Shown: positions 42,415 through 51,969 of the stretch, one piece after another | Layout of the letters: every line of letters begins with the position of its first letter | Position numbering within the stretch: position 1 is the first letter of the stretch | Origin: an uncultured delta proteobacterium | Lineage (GTDB): Bacteria; Myxococcota; Myxococcia; SLRQ01 | Assembly: GCA_963727485.1 (NCBI GenBank) | Contig: CAVSGM010000002.1 | Coordinates: 1,056,001-1,120,000, forward strand | Reading direction: 5' to 3' | DNA length: 64,000 nucleotides | The notes under the pieces: generated by a model | Databases searched by the model: none | What the model saw: the letters and a program-made list of their open reading frames with translations, nothing else | Told to the model about the DNA's origin: nothing | Position numbers and translations under genes: made by a program

Positions 42415-43274
42415 GACCCGACCAACGTGGCTTCACCCTCATCGAGCTGGTCCTGGTGCTGGCGGTGATCTCCGTGCTCGCGGCGCTGGCCATCCCCAAC
42501 CTCCTGGGGCAGGCGACCCGCGCCAAGCGCACCGAGGCGCGCCAGGGGCTGGCGGCGCTCTATACCGCCGAGAAGGCCTGGTACGAAGCCCACGACGCCT
42601 ACAGCACCGACTTCAACCTCCTCGGCTTCGCCGTCACCGGCGGCCGGGTGGTCTCGCCCACCGAGTACCTGGGGCGCCGGTACACCTACCAGCTCTCCCA
42701 GCCGGACGGCACCGGGACCTTCTATGCCACCGCCACCGGGAACCTGGACGGGGACAGCTTCCTCGACGTGCTGGTGCTGCGGCAGACCGGGCCGGCGCAG
42801 TGGGTGCTCTATGACGACGTGTCCAACGCGTACAACCCCGAGCCCGTGGCCAGCACGAGCGGGGGCAGCGGCGGCGGCGGCAGCAGCTCCGGCGGCGGCA
42901 GCAGCTCCGGCGGCGGCAGCAGCTCCGGCGGCGGCAGCAGCTCCGGCGGCGGCAGCAGCTCCGGCGGCGGCAGCAGCTCCGGCGGCGGCAACGGCGGCGG
43001 CAACGGCGGCGGCAACGGCGGCGGCAACGGCGGCGGCAACGGCGGCGGCAACGGCGGCGGCAACGGCGGCGGCAACGGCGGCGGCAACGGCGGCGGCAAC
43101 GGCGGCGGCAACGGCGGCGGCAACGGCGGCGGCAACGGCGGCGGCAACGGCGGCGGCAACGGCGGCGGCAACGGCGGAGACAACGGCGGTGGCAGAGGCG
43201 GCGGCAAGAGCAACGGCGGCGGCAACGGCCGGGGCCGGGGCGGTCGGTGGGGCGGCGGGGGCAGGGGCGACTGA
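42411..43274 (+). CDS. Type IV pilin-like protein with glycine-repeat tail
   Basis: Class III signal QRG/FTLIELVLVLAVISVLAALAIP; RAKRTEA..L..LYTAEKAW; ATATGNLDGD as in delta-proteobacterial PilA. Confidence 0.85.
   Translation: MRPDQRGFTLIELVLVLAVISVLAALAIPNLLGQATRAKRTEARQGLAALYTAEKAWYEAHDAYSTDFNLLGFAVTGGRVVSPTEYLGRRYTYQLSQPDGTGTFYATATGNLDGDSFLDVLVLRQTGPAQWVLYDDVSNAYNPEPVASTSGGSGGGGSSSGGGSSSGGGSSSGGGSSSGGGSSSGGGSSSGGGNGGGNGGGNGGGNGGGNGGGNGGGNGGGNGGGNGGGNGGGNGGGNGGGNGGGNGGGNGGGNGGDNGGGRGGGKSNGGGNGRGRGGRWGGGGRGD
42873..43172 (+). repeat. Coding VNTR: (GGCGGCGGCAGCAGCTCC)x6 then (GGCGGCGGCAAC)x16
   Basis: Perfect tandem 18-mer (42873-42980) and 12-mer (42981-43172) encoding GGGSSS and GGGN. 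Confidence 0.97.
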
Positions 43275-43339
43275 CCGCAGCGGGCCGCGGCGGCCCCGCG
43301 CACCTGGACGGGGCCGCGGCGGGGCATTACATGCCTCCC

Positions 43340-43795
43340 ATGGCCACGCCGACGATCCCCGAGCACATCTTTGAGGACACCAAGGTCGCCATGAAGGCGA
43401 GGCGGCCGGCCGAGGTCTCGGCCCTCCGGATGCTCGCCGCGGCGCTGAAGAACAAGCGCATCGAGCTCGGCCACGACCTCACCGACGACGAGGCCATCGC
43501 GGTCCTCACCACCGAGGCGAAGAAGCGCCGGGAGTCGGTGGAGGCCTACCGCGGCGCCGGCCGCACCGAGCTCGCCGACAAGGAGGAGGCGGAGCTGGCG
43601 GTCCTCGCCCGCTACCTGCCCCAGCCGCTCACCGACGACGAGGCCCGGGCCATCGTCGCCGAGGTCGTCGCCGAGGTCGGCGCCACCTCGCCCCAGGACC
43701 TGGGGAAGGTCATGGGCAAGGTGATGGGCCGGGTGAAGGGCCGCTTCGACGGGGGCCGGGTCAAGGACCTGGTCCTCGAGCGCCTCCAGGGCTGA
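43340..43795 (+). CDS. GatB/YqeY domain protein
   Basis: AMKAR...LRML.AALKN, KKRRESVEAY..AGR.ELA.KE..E..VL..YLP, DLGKVMG. Confidence 0.92.
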   Translation: MATPTIPEHIFEDTKVAMKARRPAEVSALRMLAAALKNKRIELGHDLTDDEAIAVLTTEAKKRRESVEAYRGAGRTELADKEEAELAVLARYLPQPLTDDEARAIVAEVVAEVGATSPQDLGKVMGKVMGRVKGRFDGGRVKDLVLERLQG

Positions 43796-43903
43796 GCCAA
43801 GGCGCGCGCGCCGGGAGGTGAGCGCGCCCCGGCGGGGGACCCGCGGGCGCCGGCGGCGCGGTGCGCCCGTGGGGCGGACGTGCGCCGGTGGCCGACCCTC
43901 GCC

Positions 43904-43955
43904 TTGACACGGCGGGGGGGCAATCGCTAGTTTGTTCGCAGGCCGAACAAAGTCA
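43904..43955 (+). promoter_or_regulatory. sigma70 promoter overlapped by a putative ROK operator
   Basis: TTGACA 43904-43909, TAGTTT 43928-43933; palindrome TTTGTTCG-CAGGC-CGAACAAA at 43931-43951. Confidence 0.75.
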
Positions 43956-44006
43956 CGGCGTCCGGTCCCCGCCGGGGCCCGTCCCGCTCTCATGCAAGGG
44001 TGAACG

Positions 44007-45572
44007 ATGCGCCTCTCGGACCGCGTCCGCTCCATCTCCCGCCTGGCCCTCTCGGCCTGGCACCGCCGGGTCGAGCCCGGGGCCGAGGACGGAGCGCCGC
44101 GCCACTACGCCACCGCCCCCGAGGACCGGCTCTCCTTCGGCAGGAAGCTCCTCTACGGCGCCGGGGCCTTCGTCAACAACCTCCTCGCCGCGGCCATCGG
44201 CGGGATGGTCATCATCCTCAACCTGGGCCTGGGCATGAACCCGGCCCTGGTGGGCCTGGTCAGCGCCCTGCCCCGGGTGACCGACGCCATCACCGACCCG
44301 GTGATGGGCTACCTCTCGGACAACACCCGGTCGCGGTGGGGCCGGCGCCGGCCGTACATCTTCGTCGGCGCCCTGGCCGCGGGCCTCATCTTCGCCCTCT
44401 TGTGGCAGCTGCCCGGCGGCAAGAGCCAGACGTTCTACTTCTGGTTCTTCCTCGCCGGGTCGATCGTCTTCTACCTGGCGTACACCGTCTTCGCCACGCC
44501 CTGGGTGGCGCTGGGCTACGAGCTCACGCCGGACTACCACGAGCGCACCCGGCTGATGGGGGTGCAGAACTTCATCGGGCAGCTCGCCTACGTCATCAGC
44601 CCCTGGTTCCTGTGGTTCATGACCTACAAGCCCTGGTTCAAGACCCAGGCGGCGGGGGCGGCGGTGCTGGCGATCGTGGTGGGGGTGACCGCCGCGGGCT
44701 TCGGGATCCTCCCGGCGCTCTTCCTCCGGGAGCGGCTGCTGAAGGTCGCCACCGCCGAGGCCGAGGCCGAGCGCCCCACCGACGGCCTGCTCCAGAACGT
44801 CAAGAGCTTCGCCCGGGGGATGGCGGTCACCATCCGCTCCAAGCCCTTCCTCAAGCTCGCCGCCGCCACCTTCCTGGTGTTCAACGGCTTCATGCTCGTC
44901 TCCTCGTTCCAGTTCTACGTGATCATCTACTACGTGTTCGGGGGCGACCAGGCCATGGGGGCCCGGTACGCCGGCTACGCGGGGACCGTGGGCGCCGTCT
45001 CCACCTTCGGGGTGATCTTCCTGGTGACCTGGCTGGGGACCCGCATCGGCAAGCGCCGGGCGTTCTTCGTGTCCACCGGCATCTCCATGGTCGGCTTCGC
45101 CCTCAAGTGGTTCGCCTACAACCCCCGCTACCCGATCCTGGTGATCCTCCCGGCGCCGCTGATCGCCTTCGGCCTCGGCGGGCTGTTCACCCTCATGGGC
45201 TCGATGATCGCCGACGTGGTCGACGTCGACGAGCTCACCACCCACGAGCGCCGGGAGGGGATGTACGGCTCCATCTTCTGGTGGGTGGTGAAGCTGGGGA
45301 TGGCGGCGGCGCTGGCCGGCGGGGGCGTGCTCCTCAACGCCACCGGCTTCGACGTGCACCTCGGGGGCCACCAGGCCGCGTCGACCATCACCTGGATGCG
45401 CGTGTGCGACGCCTTCATCCCGGTCGTCGCCTCGGCGATCGCCATCTGGGCCATCGCCGCCTACCCCATCACCGAGGAGCGCGCCCACGAGGTGCGCACC
45501 GAGCTCGAGGCCCGCCGGGGCAAGGGCAACGCCGGGCCCCCTCCCGGCGACCCGGAGGTGGCCGTCCCATGA
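44007..45572 (+). CDS. GPH-family MFS sugar transporter
   Basis: DAITDPVMGYLSDNTRSRWGRRRPYI, ELTPDYHERTRL, IADVVD.DEL...RREGMYGS. Confidence 0.92.
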   Translation: MRLSDRVRSISRLALSAWHRRVEPGAEDGAPRHYATAPEDRLSFGRKLLYGAGAFVNNLLAAAIGGMVIILNLGLGMNPALVGLVSALPRVTDAITDPVMGYLSDNTRSRWGRRRPYIFVGALAAGLIFALLWQLPGGKSQTFYFWFFLAGSIVFYLAYTVFATPWVALGYELTPDYHERTRLMGVQNFIGQLAYVISPWFLWFMTYKPWFKTQAAGAAVLAIVVGVTAAGFGILPALFLRERLLKVATAEAEAERPTDGLLQNVKSFARGMAVTIRSKPFLKLAAATFLVFNGFMLVSSFQFYVIIYYVFGGDQAMGARYAGYAGTVGAVSTFGVIFLVTWLGTRIGKRRAFFVSTGISMVGFALKWFAYNPRYPILVILPAPLIAFGLGGLFTLMGSMIADVVDVDELTTHERREGMYGSIFWWVVKLGMAAALAGGGVLLNATGFDVHLGGHQAASTITWMRVCDAFIPVVASAIAIWAIAAYPITEERAHEVRTELEARRGKGNAGPPPGDPEVAVP

Positions 45573-46951
45573 CGGGCCGCTTCCCACCGGGCTTCGCCTT
45601 CGGGGTCGCCACCTCGGCGCTGCAGATCGAGGGCGCCGCCTCCGAGGACGGCCGGGGCGCGTCGATCTGGGACCGGTTCGCGGCCACCCCGGGGCGCGTC
45701 CGGGGCGGCGACGACGCCACCGTCGCCTGCGACCACTACCACCGGTGGCGCGAGGACCTGGCGCTGATGCGGGACCTCGGCGTCGACGCCTACCGGTTCT
45801 CGGTGGCCTGGCCGCGGATCCAGCCCACCGGCCGGGGCAAGGCCAACGCCCGGGGCCTCGACTTCTACGAGCGGCTGGTCGACGCCCTCCTCGAGGCGGG
45901 CATCGCGCCGGTGGCCACCCTCTACCACTGGGACCTGCCCCAGGCGCTCCAGGACCGGGGCGGCTGGGGGAGCCGGGAGACCGCCCACGCCTTCGCCGAG
46001 TACGCCGGGATCGTCGCCGGTTGCCTCGGGGACCGGGTGGCCACCTACGTGACCCACAACGAGCCCTGGTGCGCCGCCCACCTGGGCCACGAGTTCGCCG
46101 TCCACGCCCCCGGCCTCGCCGATCCGGCCCTGGCGCTCGCCGCCGGCCACCACCTGCTGCTCTCCCACGGCCTGGCGGTGCCGGCAATCCGCGCCCGGGC
46201 GAAGGCGGCGAAGGTGGGCCTGGTGAACATCGTCTCCCCGGTGGTGCCGGAGACCGAAAGCGACGCCGACCGGGACGCCGCCCGGGCCTACGACGGCTTC
46301 TTCAACCGCTGGTACCTCGACCCCGTCTTCCACGGTCGCTACCCGGCCGACGCCGTCGCCGACCGGGTCGCCCGGGGGCACCTGGAGCCGGGCCCCCTGC
46401 CCTTCGTCCGGGACGGGGACCTCGCCACCATCGCCGCGCCCCTCGATCTCCTCGGCCTCAACTACTACAGCCGCACCGTGGTCAGCGGCGTCCCCGGCGA
46501 CGACGGCGCCGAGCCCCCGCGGCCGGTCCAGCGCGCGCCCGCCGAGGCCCTCACCGAGATGGGCTGGGAGGTCTTCCCCCAGGGCCTCGAGGACGCCCTG
46601 CGCCGGGTCCACCGGGACTACGGGCCGAAGGAGATCCAGGTCACCGAGAACGGCATCGCCCTGCCCGACGTCGTCGACCCGGGCGGCCGGGTGCGGGACC
46701 CGCGGCGCTCGGCGTTCCTCGTCGATCACCTGGCGGCGCTCCTGCGCGCCGTCGACGCCGGGGTGCCGGTGACCGGCTACTACCACTGGTCCCTCCTGGA
46801 CAACTTCGAGTGGGCCGAGGGCTACGCCCGGCGCTTCGGCCTCGTCCACGTCGACTTCGACACCCTCCGCCGCACGCCCAAGGAGAGCGCGGCCACCTAC
46901 CGCGAGGTGGTGGCGCATCGAGCCCTCCCCGACGCGGCGCCTGACGCATGA
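45569..46951 (+). CDS. GH1 beta-glucosidase
   Basis: FGVATSALQIEGA, CDHYHRW, YRFSVAWPRI, THNEP (acid/base), VTENG (nucleophile), WSLLDNFEWAEGY. Confidence 0.96.
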   Translation: MTGRFPPGFAFGVATSALQIEGAASEDGRGASIWDRFAATPGRVRGGDDATVACDHYHRWREDLALMRDLGVDAYRFSVAWPRIQPTGRGKANARGLDFYERLVDALLEAGIAPVATLYHWDLPQALQDRGGWGSRETAHAFAEYAGIVAGCLGDRVATYVTHNEPWCAAHLGHEFAVHAPGLADPALALAAGHHLLLSHGLAVPAIRARAKAAKVGLVNIVSPVVPETESDADRDAARAYDGFFNRWYLDPVFHGRYPADAVADRVARGHLEPGPLPFVRDGDLATIAAPLDLLGLNYYSRTVVSGVPGDDGAEPPRPVQRAPAEALTEMGWEVFPQGLEDALRRVHRDYGPKEIQVTENGIALPDVVDPGGRVRDPRRSAFLVDHLAALLRAVDAGVPVTGYYHWSLLDNFEWAEGYARRFGLVHVDFDTLRRTPKESAATYREVVAHRALPDAAPDA

Positions 46952-46958
46952 GGCCGCC

Positions 46959-49900
46959 ATGAGCAAGAGATCCTCGCCCCCGCCTCGTCGCCCGCCTTCA
47001 GGTCCCCTCGCCGCGCTCTGCTGCGCCGCCGCCGTCCTCGGGGCCGGTCCCGCCCGCGCGGCGACGCCGCCGCCGGAGCCCCAGGCGACGCCCGCGCCGG
47101 CCCCGAAGGCGACACCGGCGGCGAAGCCCGCGCCCGCGCCGGCGATCCACGTGGCCCACGTCCCCGGCGGCCTCGAGCTCGTCGTCCACGGCAAGCCCTT
47201 CCTCGTCCGCGGGATGAACTGGGACTACTTCCCCATCGGCACCAACTACAACTACAGCCTCTGGACCCAGCCCGACGCGGTGATCAAGGCGGCGCTGGCC
47301 AACGAGATGCCCCTGATGAAGCGCATGGGCGTCAACGCCGTCCGCCTCTACGCCCCGGTGCCCCGCCGCTGGATCGCGTACATCTACCAGACCTACGGGA
47401 TCTGGACGGTCCTCAACCACACCATGGGCCGCTACGGGTTCTCGCTGAACGGCACCTGGATCGCCCAGGTCGACTACTCGGACCCCACCTTCCGCAAGGC
47501 GGTGAAGGCCGAGATCGCGAAGATGGTGAAGCGCGACCGGAACACCCCGGGCCTGTTGATGTGGGTGTTCGGCAACGAGAACAACTACGGGCTGTCCTGG
47601 AGCTCCTTCGAGATCGAGAACCTGCCCCAGGGCGAGCGGCAGCGCGCCCGGGCGAAGTACCTCTACTCGCTCTTCGGCGAGATCCTCGAGGAGACCAAGC
47701 ACCTCGACCCGGACCACCCGGTGGCCATCGCCAACGGCGACCTCCAGTACCTCGACCTCATCAAGACCGAGTGCCCGGACCTCGACGTGCTCGGGGTCAA
47801 CGCCTACCGCGGCGCCTCCATGGGCGACCTCTACCAGCGGGTCATGGACACCCTCGGGGTGCCGGTGATGTTCACCGAGTTCGGGTCCGACGCCTACGAC
47901 GCCCGGCGCCACCGGGAGGACGACCTGATGCAGGCCCGCTACCTCCTCGCCCAGTGGAAGGAGATTCTACGAGCAGACCGCGGGCAAGGGCCGGGTGGGC
48001 GACGCCATCGGCGGCTTCGTGTTCCAGTGGGCCGACGGGTGGTGGAAGTACCAGCAGAACACCCACCTCTCGATCCACGACACCGACGCCTCCTGGGCCA
48101 ACGGCGGCTACAAGGAGGACTACGTCCAGGGCGAGAACAACATGAACGAGGAGTGGTGGGGGATTTGCGCCAAGGGCCCCGCCAACGCCGAGGGCCTCTA
48201 CCCCCTCTACCCGCGGACCGCCTACTACGCGCTCCAGGACGCCTTCCGGCTCCCGGCCTACGGCCCCGGGATCACCCGGGCGAAGATCGACCAGCACTTC
48301 GACGCCGTCGTCCCCTCCGAGCTCGCCTACCACTACCAGGCCGAGAAGGCCCAGGCCGGGGTGGCGCGGCTCGAGCTGGCCCACGTGTCGATGGCGCGCC
48401 TCGACTTCTCCACCTACTCCACCGGCGGAAACAAGCAGTGGGATTGGCCGGGGGTCCCGGGAGGCGGCCACGGCTTCGACCACATGGAGTCGGCCTACCT
48501 CGGGGTCACGGTGAACCCCACCTCGCGGGTCACCGGCGACCTCCAGCTCAACGTCCTCGGCAACGTGGCCCAGAACCCCCTCGACGAGCTCTTCTACGAG
48601 CGCGCCGGCCGGCCGATCCCCGTCTACACCCGCTCGCCGGACCCCTACGATCCCGCGGGCCAGCGCACCCTGGAGAGCTTCCAGGACCTCCCGGTCCTCT
48701 CCCGGGTGCGCATCTACAAGGCGAGCCTCACCTGGGACTCGGACTACTTCAAGGTGAACGGCTTCTACCGCACCGGTCACTACCACTGGGCCGACGAGGG
48801 CGACGTCTTCGGCCTCTATCGCGAGGCCAACTACGGCGCCAACGCCGACATCTACGACGCCAACGTCCCCATCGGCCTCGAGGTCGAGGGCAAGCGCGCC
48901 CTCTCGGGCCTCAAGCTCGCCTTCGGGCCCCAGCTGTGGTGGGGCGCCAACCCCACGGTGCTGGCCAAGTACCGCCTGGCGCTCGGCCGCAGCCACCTCA
49001 CCCTCCTCCACGAGGAGGACCTCGCCGCCGCCGGCGCCACCGGCCTCTCGTCGGCGGCCCCGGAGCTGGCGACCCGCAAGACCGAGCTCGCCTTCCAGAC
49101 GCGCCTCTACGGCTTCGGGGTGGAGCTCGCGGGCCTGTGGTCGGGCTCGACCCTCATCGGCCGCAGCTTCCTCGACCCCGAGAACCGGCCCCAGCAGGTG
49201 AAGCTCCAGGACACCTTCGGGGCCCGGGCCAAGGTGACCTTCGAGCGCGGTCCCTGGCACTGGTACGCCCAGGGCGCCTACATGGGCCTGGTCGCCGACG
49301 CCGCCCCCGACCCCCGGGTGACCTTCACCGGCTGGACCCTCAAGGACTCGGGCTCGGGGAACCAGGTCAACGCCATGACCGGGCTGGCGGTGAACCTGGG
49401 GATGTTCCAGATCGGCCCCAACCTCCTGTGGCAGAGGCCCCTGGTGGGCCCGGGCCACAGCATCACCAACATCGCCGCGTCCCGGAACATCGACGCCGAC
49501 CCCTTCGTGGTCCGGGGCAACCGGGAGACCCAGGCCGCGGAGCTGATGCTGGTCTTCGACCCCACCCCGGCCACCTGGATGTGGCAGTGGGACAACGACC
49601 TGCAGGAGAACGCCCCCATCGCCGTGAGCCTCGACCTCGTCTACCGGCACCAGCCCACCGCCACCGACGCCGGGACCTTCTACGCCCCCGACGGCACCAC
49701 CCGCTTCGCCTTCCCCGCCGGGGTCCCCGCCGCCGACGTCTACGAGCTCCACCTCCGGGCGGTCTCGGCGCCGGTGCCGGGCCTGCGCCTGGTCCTCCAC
49801 GCCTGGGCCGGCAACGAGCAGTCCACCGGCAACAGCACCCGCCAGCCCCACCGCTACGGCTTCGACTTCACCCTGGGGTGGCACGCCCTCCAGGTGAGCG

Positions 49901-50164
49901 GCTTCGCCAAGTTCAACGACTGGGGCCCCTACGACTACTACCGCGACTTCAACCTCACCTTCCCCCTCCAGCTGATGGCCGACGTCTCCTACACCCTGGG
50001 GCCGGTGCGGTGGCTGTGGCAGCAGCAGACGAAGATCGGGATCCGGGTGATGGACCGCTACCTCAACGGCTACTCCGGCGGCCGCTACGTCCAGAACCCG
50101 AACGACCCGACCACCTGGGGCGAGGCCTACGAGATTCCGCACCTACCTGTCCTTGAGCCTGTGA
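46959..50164 (+). CDS. Clan GH-A (GH2-like TIM barrel) glycosidase fused to a putative outer-membrane beta-barrel (indels ~47965, ~50136)
   Basis: Signal peptide; RGMNWDY.PIG, MGVNAVRLY, FGNENNYG, FTEFGSD, FQWADGWWK; ~600-aa aromatic beta-strand C-terminus; corrected end EIRTYLSLSL* with TGATG overlap into GH17. Confidence 0.75.
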
Positions 50165-51138
50165 TGGCGGCGCGAAGCCTCCTCGCCCTGGCCCTGGCGG
50201 CGGCGCTGGGATCGGGGTGCGCCCACCGCCCGGCGCCCTTCGCCTCCGCCGCCGGGCCCGGCCCCGGGATCGACTACGGGCCGTTCCGGGCCGGCCAGCG
50301 CCCCGGGGGCCCCGGGCCCACCCGGGCCCAGCTCCGCCAGGATCTCCACCTCCTGGCGCACCGCTTCCACCTTGTGCGCCTCTACGCCTCGGACGGTCCC
50401 ACGCCCGTGATCCTCTCGGTGATCTCCGAGGACCACCTGCCCCTGGAGGTCCTCCTCGGCGCCTGGATCGCCCCGGAGCCCGGCGCCGCCGCCCGGGCCG
50501 CCAACGCCGCCCAGGTCCACGCTGCCCTGCGCCTCGCCCGCGCCCACCCGGGGATCGTGGTGGGCCTTCTGGTCGGCAACGAGACCCGGGTGAGCTGGTC
50601 GAGCCACCGGGTACGGGAGGCGGTGCTCCTCCACTGGCTCGAGGTCGCCCGCCGGGGGAGCCGCCTGCCGGTGGCCACCGCCGACGACTACCTCTACTGG
50701 CTCACCCCGGAGAGCGACCGGGTGGCGGCGCGCTGCGACTTCCTGGTCACCCACGTCTATGCCATGTGGCATGGCAAGCAGGTGCCAGATGGCATCGCGT
50801 TCACCCGGCGCCGGTACCAGGCGGTGCGCCGGCGCCACCCGGGCCTGCCGGTCCTCCTCGGGGAGGTGGGCTGGGCCACCGACCGGGGCACCGGAGGCGA
50901 CCAGGGCCGGCTCATCCACGGCGAGGCCAGCGAGGCGGCCCAGCGCCGCTTCTATCGGGACTGGCGACGCTGGGTGGTCCGCGACCGGATCCCCAGCACC
51001 TGGTTCGAGGCCTTCGACGAGCCCTGGAAGGGCGGCGCCAATCCCCACGACGTGGAGAAGCACTGGGGGCTGTGGCGCGCCGACCGGAGCCCCAAGGCGG
51101 CGCTCGCGCCCACGCCGCGTTCGGCCCCGGCGCCCTAG
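50164..51138 (+). CDS. GH17 beta-1,3-glucanase lipoprotein
   Basis: Lipobox LGSGC; YGPFRAGQ.P, LLVGNE, LGEVGWAT, FEAFDEPWK, VEKHWGL. Confidence 0.88.
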   Translation: MAARSLLALALAAALGSGCAHRPAPFASAAGPGPGIDYGPFRAGQRPGGPGPTRAQLRQDLHLLAHRFHLVRLYASDGPTPVILSVISEDHLPLEVLLGAWIAPEPGAAARAANAAQVHAALRLARAHPGIVVGLLVGNETRVSWSSHRVREAVLLHWLEVARRGSRLPVATADDYLYWLTPESDRVAARCDFLVTHVYAMWHGKQVPDGIAFTRRRYQAVRRRHPGLPVLLGEVGWATDRGTGGDQGRLIHGEASEAAQRRFYRDWRRWVVRDRIPSTWFEAFDEPWKGGANPHDVEKHWGLWRADRSPKAALAPTPRSAPAP

Positions 51139-51959
51139 CCCGCCGGGGCGTAGACCCGCACCCAGTCCACCACCAGGCTCTGGGGGAGCACCGAGGGGTC
51201 CGGGGCGCCGACGTAGCTCCCGCCCACCGCGAGGTTGAGGATCAGGTAGAAGGGGTGGTCGAAGACCCACTTCGCCCCCGCGGGGAGGTCGGCCCGCACC
51301 ACCACCTGCCAGGTCTTCCCGTCGAGGTCCCAGGCGATCCAGTCGGGGGTCCACTCCACCCCGAAGGTGTGGAAGGCGCCGTCGAAGCCCACCTCGCCGT
51401 CGAGGTAGCGGTTGGCGGTGAGGGCGTTGCCCCCGGAGTAGCCGGGACCATGGAGGCTCCCGCTGACCTTCATCGGCTCCTGGCCCCGGTTCTCCATGAT
51501 GTCGATCTCGCCGCAGTCGGGCCAGCCCACCGTGTCGACGTTGGCGCCCAGCAGCCAGAACGCCGGCCACATCCCCTGGCCGGCAGGCAGCTTCATCCGC
51601 GCCTCGAAGCGGCCGTACTTGCGCTCGAGGAGGCCCCGGGTCACCAGCCGCGCCGAGGTGTAGGCCGCGCCCTGGTAGGCCTCGTGGCGGGCGGTGATCG
51701 CCAGGTGCCCCTGGCCGTCGAGGGAGGCGTTCTCGGGGCGGTCGGTGTCGTACTCGAGCTGCCCGTTGCCCCAGCCGCCGCTCCCGGTGCCGAGGTCGAA
51801 GGCCCAGTGGCCCGGGTCCGGGGACTGCCCGGCCGGGCCGCTGAACTCGTCGGACCACACCAGCTTCCACTTGGTTGTGGTGTCGCAGCGGGCGAAGCCC
51901 ATCAGCGGCAGGGCGAGGGCGACCAGGAGGCCGGTGCGGAGGGCAGGAGACGCGGACAT
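51135..51959 (-). CDS. GH16 laminarinase-type beta-1,3-glucanase
   Basis: LVWSDEF, GWGNGQLEY, WPAFWLLG, EIDIME catalytic motif, LNLAVGG. Confidence 0.93.
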   Translation of the reverse strand: MSASPALRTGLLVALALPLMGFARCDTTTKWKLVWSDEFSGPAGQSPDPGHWAFDLGTGSGGWGNGQLEYDTDRPENASLDGQGHLAITARHEAYQGAAYTSARLVTRGLLERKYGRFEARMKLPAGQGMWPAFWLLGANVDTVGWPDCGEIDIMENRGQEPMKVSGSLHGPGYSGGNALTANRYLDGEVGFDGAFHTFGVEWTPDWIAWDLDGKTWQVVVRADLPAGAKWVFDHPFYLILNLAVGGSYVGAPDPSVLPQSLVVDWVRVYAPAG

Positions 51960-51969
51960 CGGGACCTCC

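Noticed and set aside
42873..43172. CRISPR-like array
   Set aside because: Contiguous coding repeats with no spacers and no cas genes.
47995..51138. Apparent barrel-GH17 fusion ORF (1047 aa)
   Set aside because: Removing one base at ~50136 gives a stop at 50162-50164, and GH17 has its own ATG and lipobox.
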